Assembly: GCF_006345805.1 (NCBI RefSeq)
Contig: NC_043000.1
Span: 6,200,001 to 6,264,000, forward strand
Origin: Octopus sinensis
Lineage: Eukaryota
DNA length: 64,000 nucleotides
Direction: 5' to 3'
Made by a program: the position numbers and the translations under genes
The notes under the pieces: model-generated
Seen by the model: only the letters and a program-made list of their open reading frames with translations
Told to the model about the DNA's origin: nothing
Databases searched by the model: none
Part shown: positions 61,243-64,000 of the stretch, one piece after another
Numbering within the stretch: the stretch's first letter is position 1
Layout of the letters: every line of letters starts with the position of its first letter

Positions 61243-62733
61243 CAGAATTTATCTGAGAGCCAAATACATTGAAAACAAACAAAAAAAAAAGATAAAACCC
61301 ACCATTTTATTACATAAATATGTGGTTGGTACCACTTTAGAATCAAATTATCAATTAATCTTATTTCCCAATGCCACAGAAGGTATTTTTTAAAGATATT
61401 TATGTATAAAGGGCATGTGTCTACAAGGCCACTTGTACTTCTGCCAAAGACAGCTAATATGGTAAAAACCTTTGAAGTTGTTCTCTTGCTTGTCAGACCA
61501 GAGCATAATTTTTCCTTAATCACCGTATTTAACCCTACTGTGGGTAATTATGATTTCTAAATTATTGTAAATAATCAAATCTACTTATTTTTATTACTTG
61601 TAAAAGTATCTATTCTGCAAACAAATAAAAAAAAAATTGTTTCATGCTATCACCAAAAGTCTTGCATAACTTATATCCATTGTGGCACAGAATGGAAATC
61701 AAAGACACAAATTGGAAGATGAATAATATTTAAGTGGTTTTAAAGTATTTGATCTCCTGCCTTCCTCGGTTATGTGACCAAATCATTGCCAAATGACACA
61801 ACTCCATGATGGCTACAGTTGTACCAAATTACCTCAATTTAAGTGCAGTTTTCTTTTATAGTTAAATTCATATGGCTGGCATTCAACCAACACAAAATAT
61901 ACACAAATTTCTAAATCTGGGGAGGAAATATCATTTCAAACAATATGGCATGTTAAAGAAAATAAAATTCCATAGATGATATTTTTTGTTCTTTTTTGGA
62001 ACGGTACCAAGGAAAGAATAATTTAGCAACCTTAGTGTAAAAAAAACCTATTCAATGTTAGGATAAAAAAATATATACACAGCTAATATTTAGACAAGAA
62101 CCTTTACAATTTTCACTGATGAAATTGTAAAAATAGAATATATTATTCATTATATTCTTTGTAACAAACAGGATCTCATGAATTCTTTACTTTGAATACT
62201 GTTTAGATCTTCAATATGAAGGCAAATAACCATATAAATAGATAACTCATTGAAATAGATCTTCCAACTTGGCTTTTCATTGATATAAACCAAATGGTTT
62301 GGAAATTTATTTCCTGTCAGAGATTGTGTGTGTATGTCTGTGTATAAATGAATTCCCTGTGAGTGTGGCAGTATTGGCCTCACCGCTATACAAAATCTAC
62401 AAAAACAACAGCTATTAAAATCAGAATATTGAACATATTCCTTTTATCACTGTTAAGTAAGCTCAGACATCAAAAAAGGTAGACTGAAAACCTTGTTCTT
62501 CAAAATATTTCTTCTGAACTTAAAATGGTTTCCTTCAACTACAGTTTTTGTTCCCTGCAGCAGTTACCTGACACCATTTTTTCTTATTACCAAATGAAGC
62601 AGTAACTGGGCACAATAAATGCTTCCTTTTTATGTCCTTTCTGCTTTCTTGTTCTTCTTATGATTACCATCATAGCAAATTAGACACACTCCCTATTTTT
62701 CCCCGCCACCCAACAGTGAATTCATCCATCCAT

Positions 62734-62790
<57 letters not shown>

Positions 62791-63490
62791 AGTGAGGTGT
62801 TTAATGTCTTTCCAGTTTCTCAAAAGCTCATTAAGTATGATATATTGTGAATAACCCTTATTTTATTAGTGGCCGGGCAATTCCTGCATTGAAAAGATTC
62901 TAGGGAGCATACAAATGTTTGGTAAATAAGCCACTTCTACATTGAATTTAAGTGATTTTCTTTTCCTCTCTTCCATATCCATATCTCAATACTTGCAACA
63001 GACAAGCAAGTTACTGGAAATCATGACATGTGTGTGTGTGTGTGTGTGTGTACGCATATATATATATATATAGATAGATATACACACACAGATAAGTTGC
63101 TGTAAGGAGTATTTTTATAGTTCTGTAGCCTTCTAGCTATTCTCTGCTATTCAGTGGAGTTGAGAAGGATTAGTAATAGTAACTATACGGATGAAACAGA
63201 TTGAAAGAATCACAATAAGTAAAATATATATTTCATGCAGGTACAAGATTTGAAATTTCTGTAGGTCATTCAACTTACTAGAAATAACAATCAAATCACT
63301 CTCTTAAACCACACTGTACTGCTTTTAATAAACATGATATTGTGAAACTACACTGAATAACATAATATTAGACATCCATTAAAAGACAGGATTGTCATGG
63401 CTGGAGCAGTTTATGATCATAGGTATACTGAATTGGAGAAGACCAGAGGCTAAACAACAATACGATAGTTGAATTCATGACCGTATATGA

Positions 63491-63767
63491 CAGTGGTTCT
63501 CACCGTGGAGTTTGTGGATCCCAAGGGATCCACAGAAGTAGTATTGGAGTCTGTGAGTCATGTTGAAAATTTTAAAAGGCTGCAGTATAAAACATACAGT
63601 TGCTCAGATATGTTTTTCAAGTGAGAGATGAAATTGGGTAAAAGAGTTTCATGATTGTTAATGAAATAACATTACTGAGTAGGTAGACCTTCCAAAAGTT
63701 TGAGATCAGTGGGAAAGTTCATTTAAAGAAAAAGAGTCCTTAGAAGTGTAAAGGCCAGGGACCACTG
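63491..63767. mobile_element. Probable hAT MITE (different family)
   Basis: Ends CAGTGGTTCTC and GGGACCACTG. Confidence 0.5.
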
Positions 63768-64000
63768 GTACATACAATAATTCAGTACCTTAATTACATA
63801 TTAATGTGATTAGAGATATTCACTGGGAGCCTTTTGGTTAATCACAGATAATGTTATCTAACAGCTTTTGCCACCAAAATCATTGGTTCCCCAAACATGC
63901 TTAGAATATTGATATTTCATCTGTGTAATGTTATCAGCAGGATGTTGTTACTCAAAAGAGACTGTAATAAACATTTAAGTCTAATAATAATTAAATATAA

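Overview
AT-rich, microsatellite-dense animal genomic DNA. The SINE/LINE repertoire points to an octopus or other coleoid cephalopod (inferred from family resemblance, not from a search). Most of the window is intron or intergenic sequence filled with repeats. These include three tRNA-headed SINE families (A, B/Meta-like, C); two young RTE-clade LINE copies (3855-7300 +, 58366-59485 -) plus many 3'UTR-only fragments; R4/Dong, CR1 and CRE LINE remnants; degenerate Tigger and mariner transposons; and hAT, piggyBac and foldback MITEs. One convincing host coding exon lies on the minus strand (45549-46009). It has two phase-compatible candidate alternative first exons (48365-48401 and 20096-20167), each in a CpG-retaining patch. 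The most unusual signal is in the RTE 3'UTR: a variable-copy array of 61-66-nt units. Each unit has a core that folds by eye as a compact H-type pseudoknot, followed by a variable-loop hairpin. The same LINE carries a PHD finger inside its reverse transcriptase. A tRNA-headed SINE with a Penelope/hammerhead-like tail is also present. All calls are by eye, and repeat boundaries are approximate unless target-site duplications (TSDs) or terminal inverted repeats (TIRs) are quoted.
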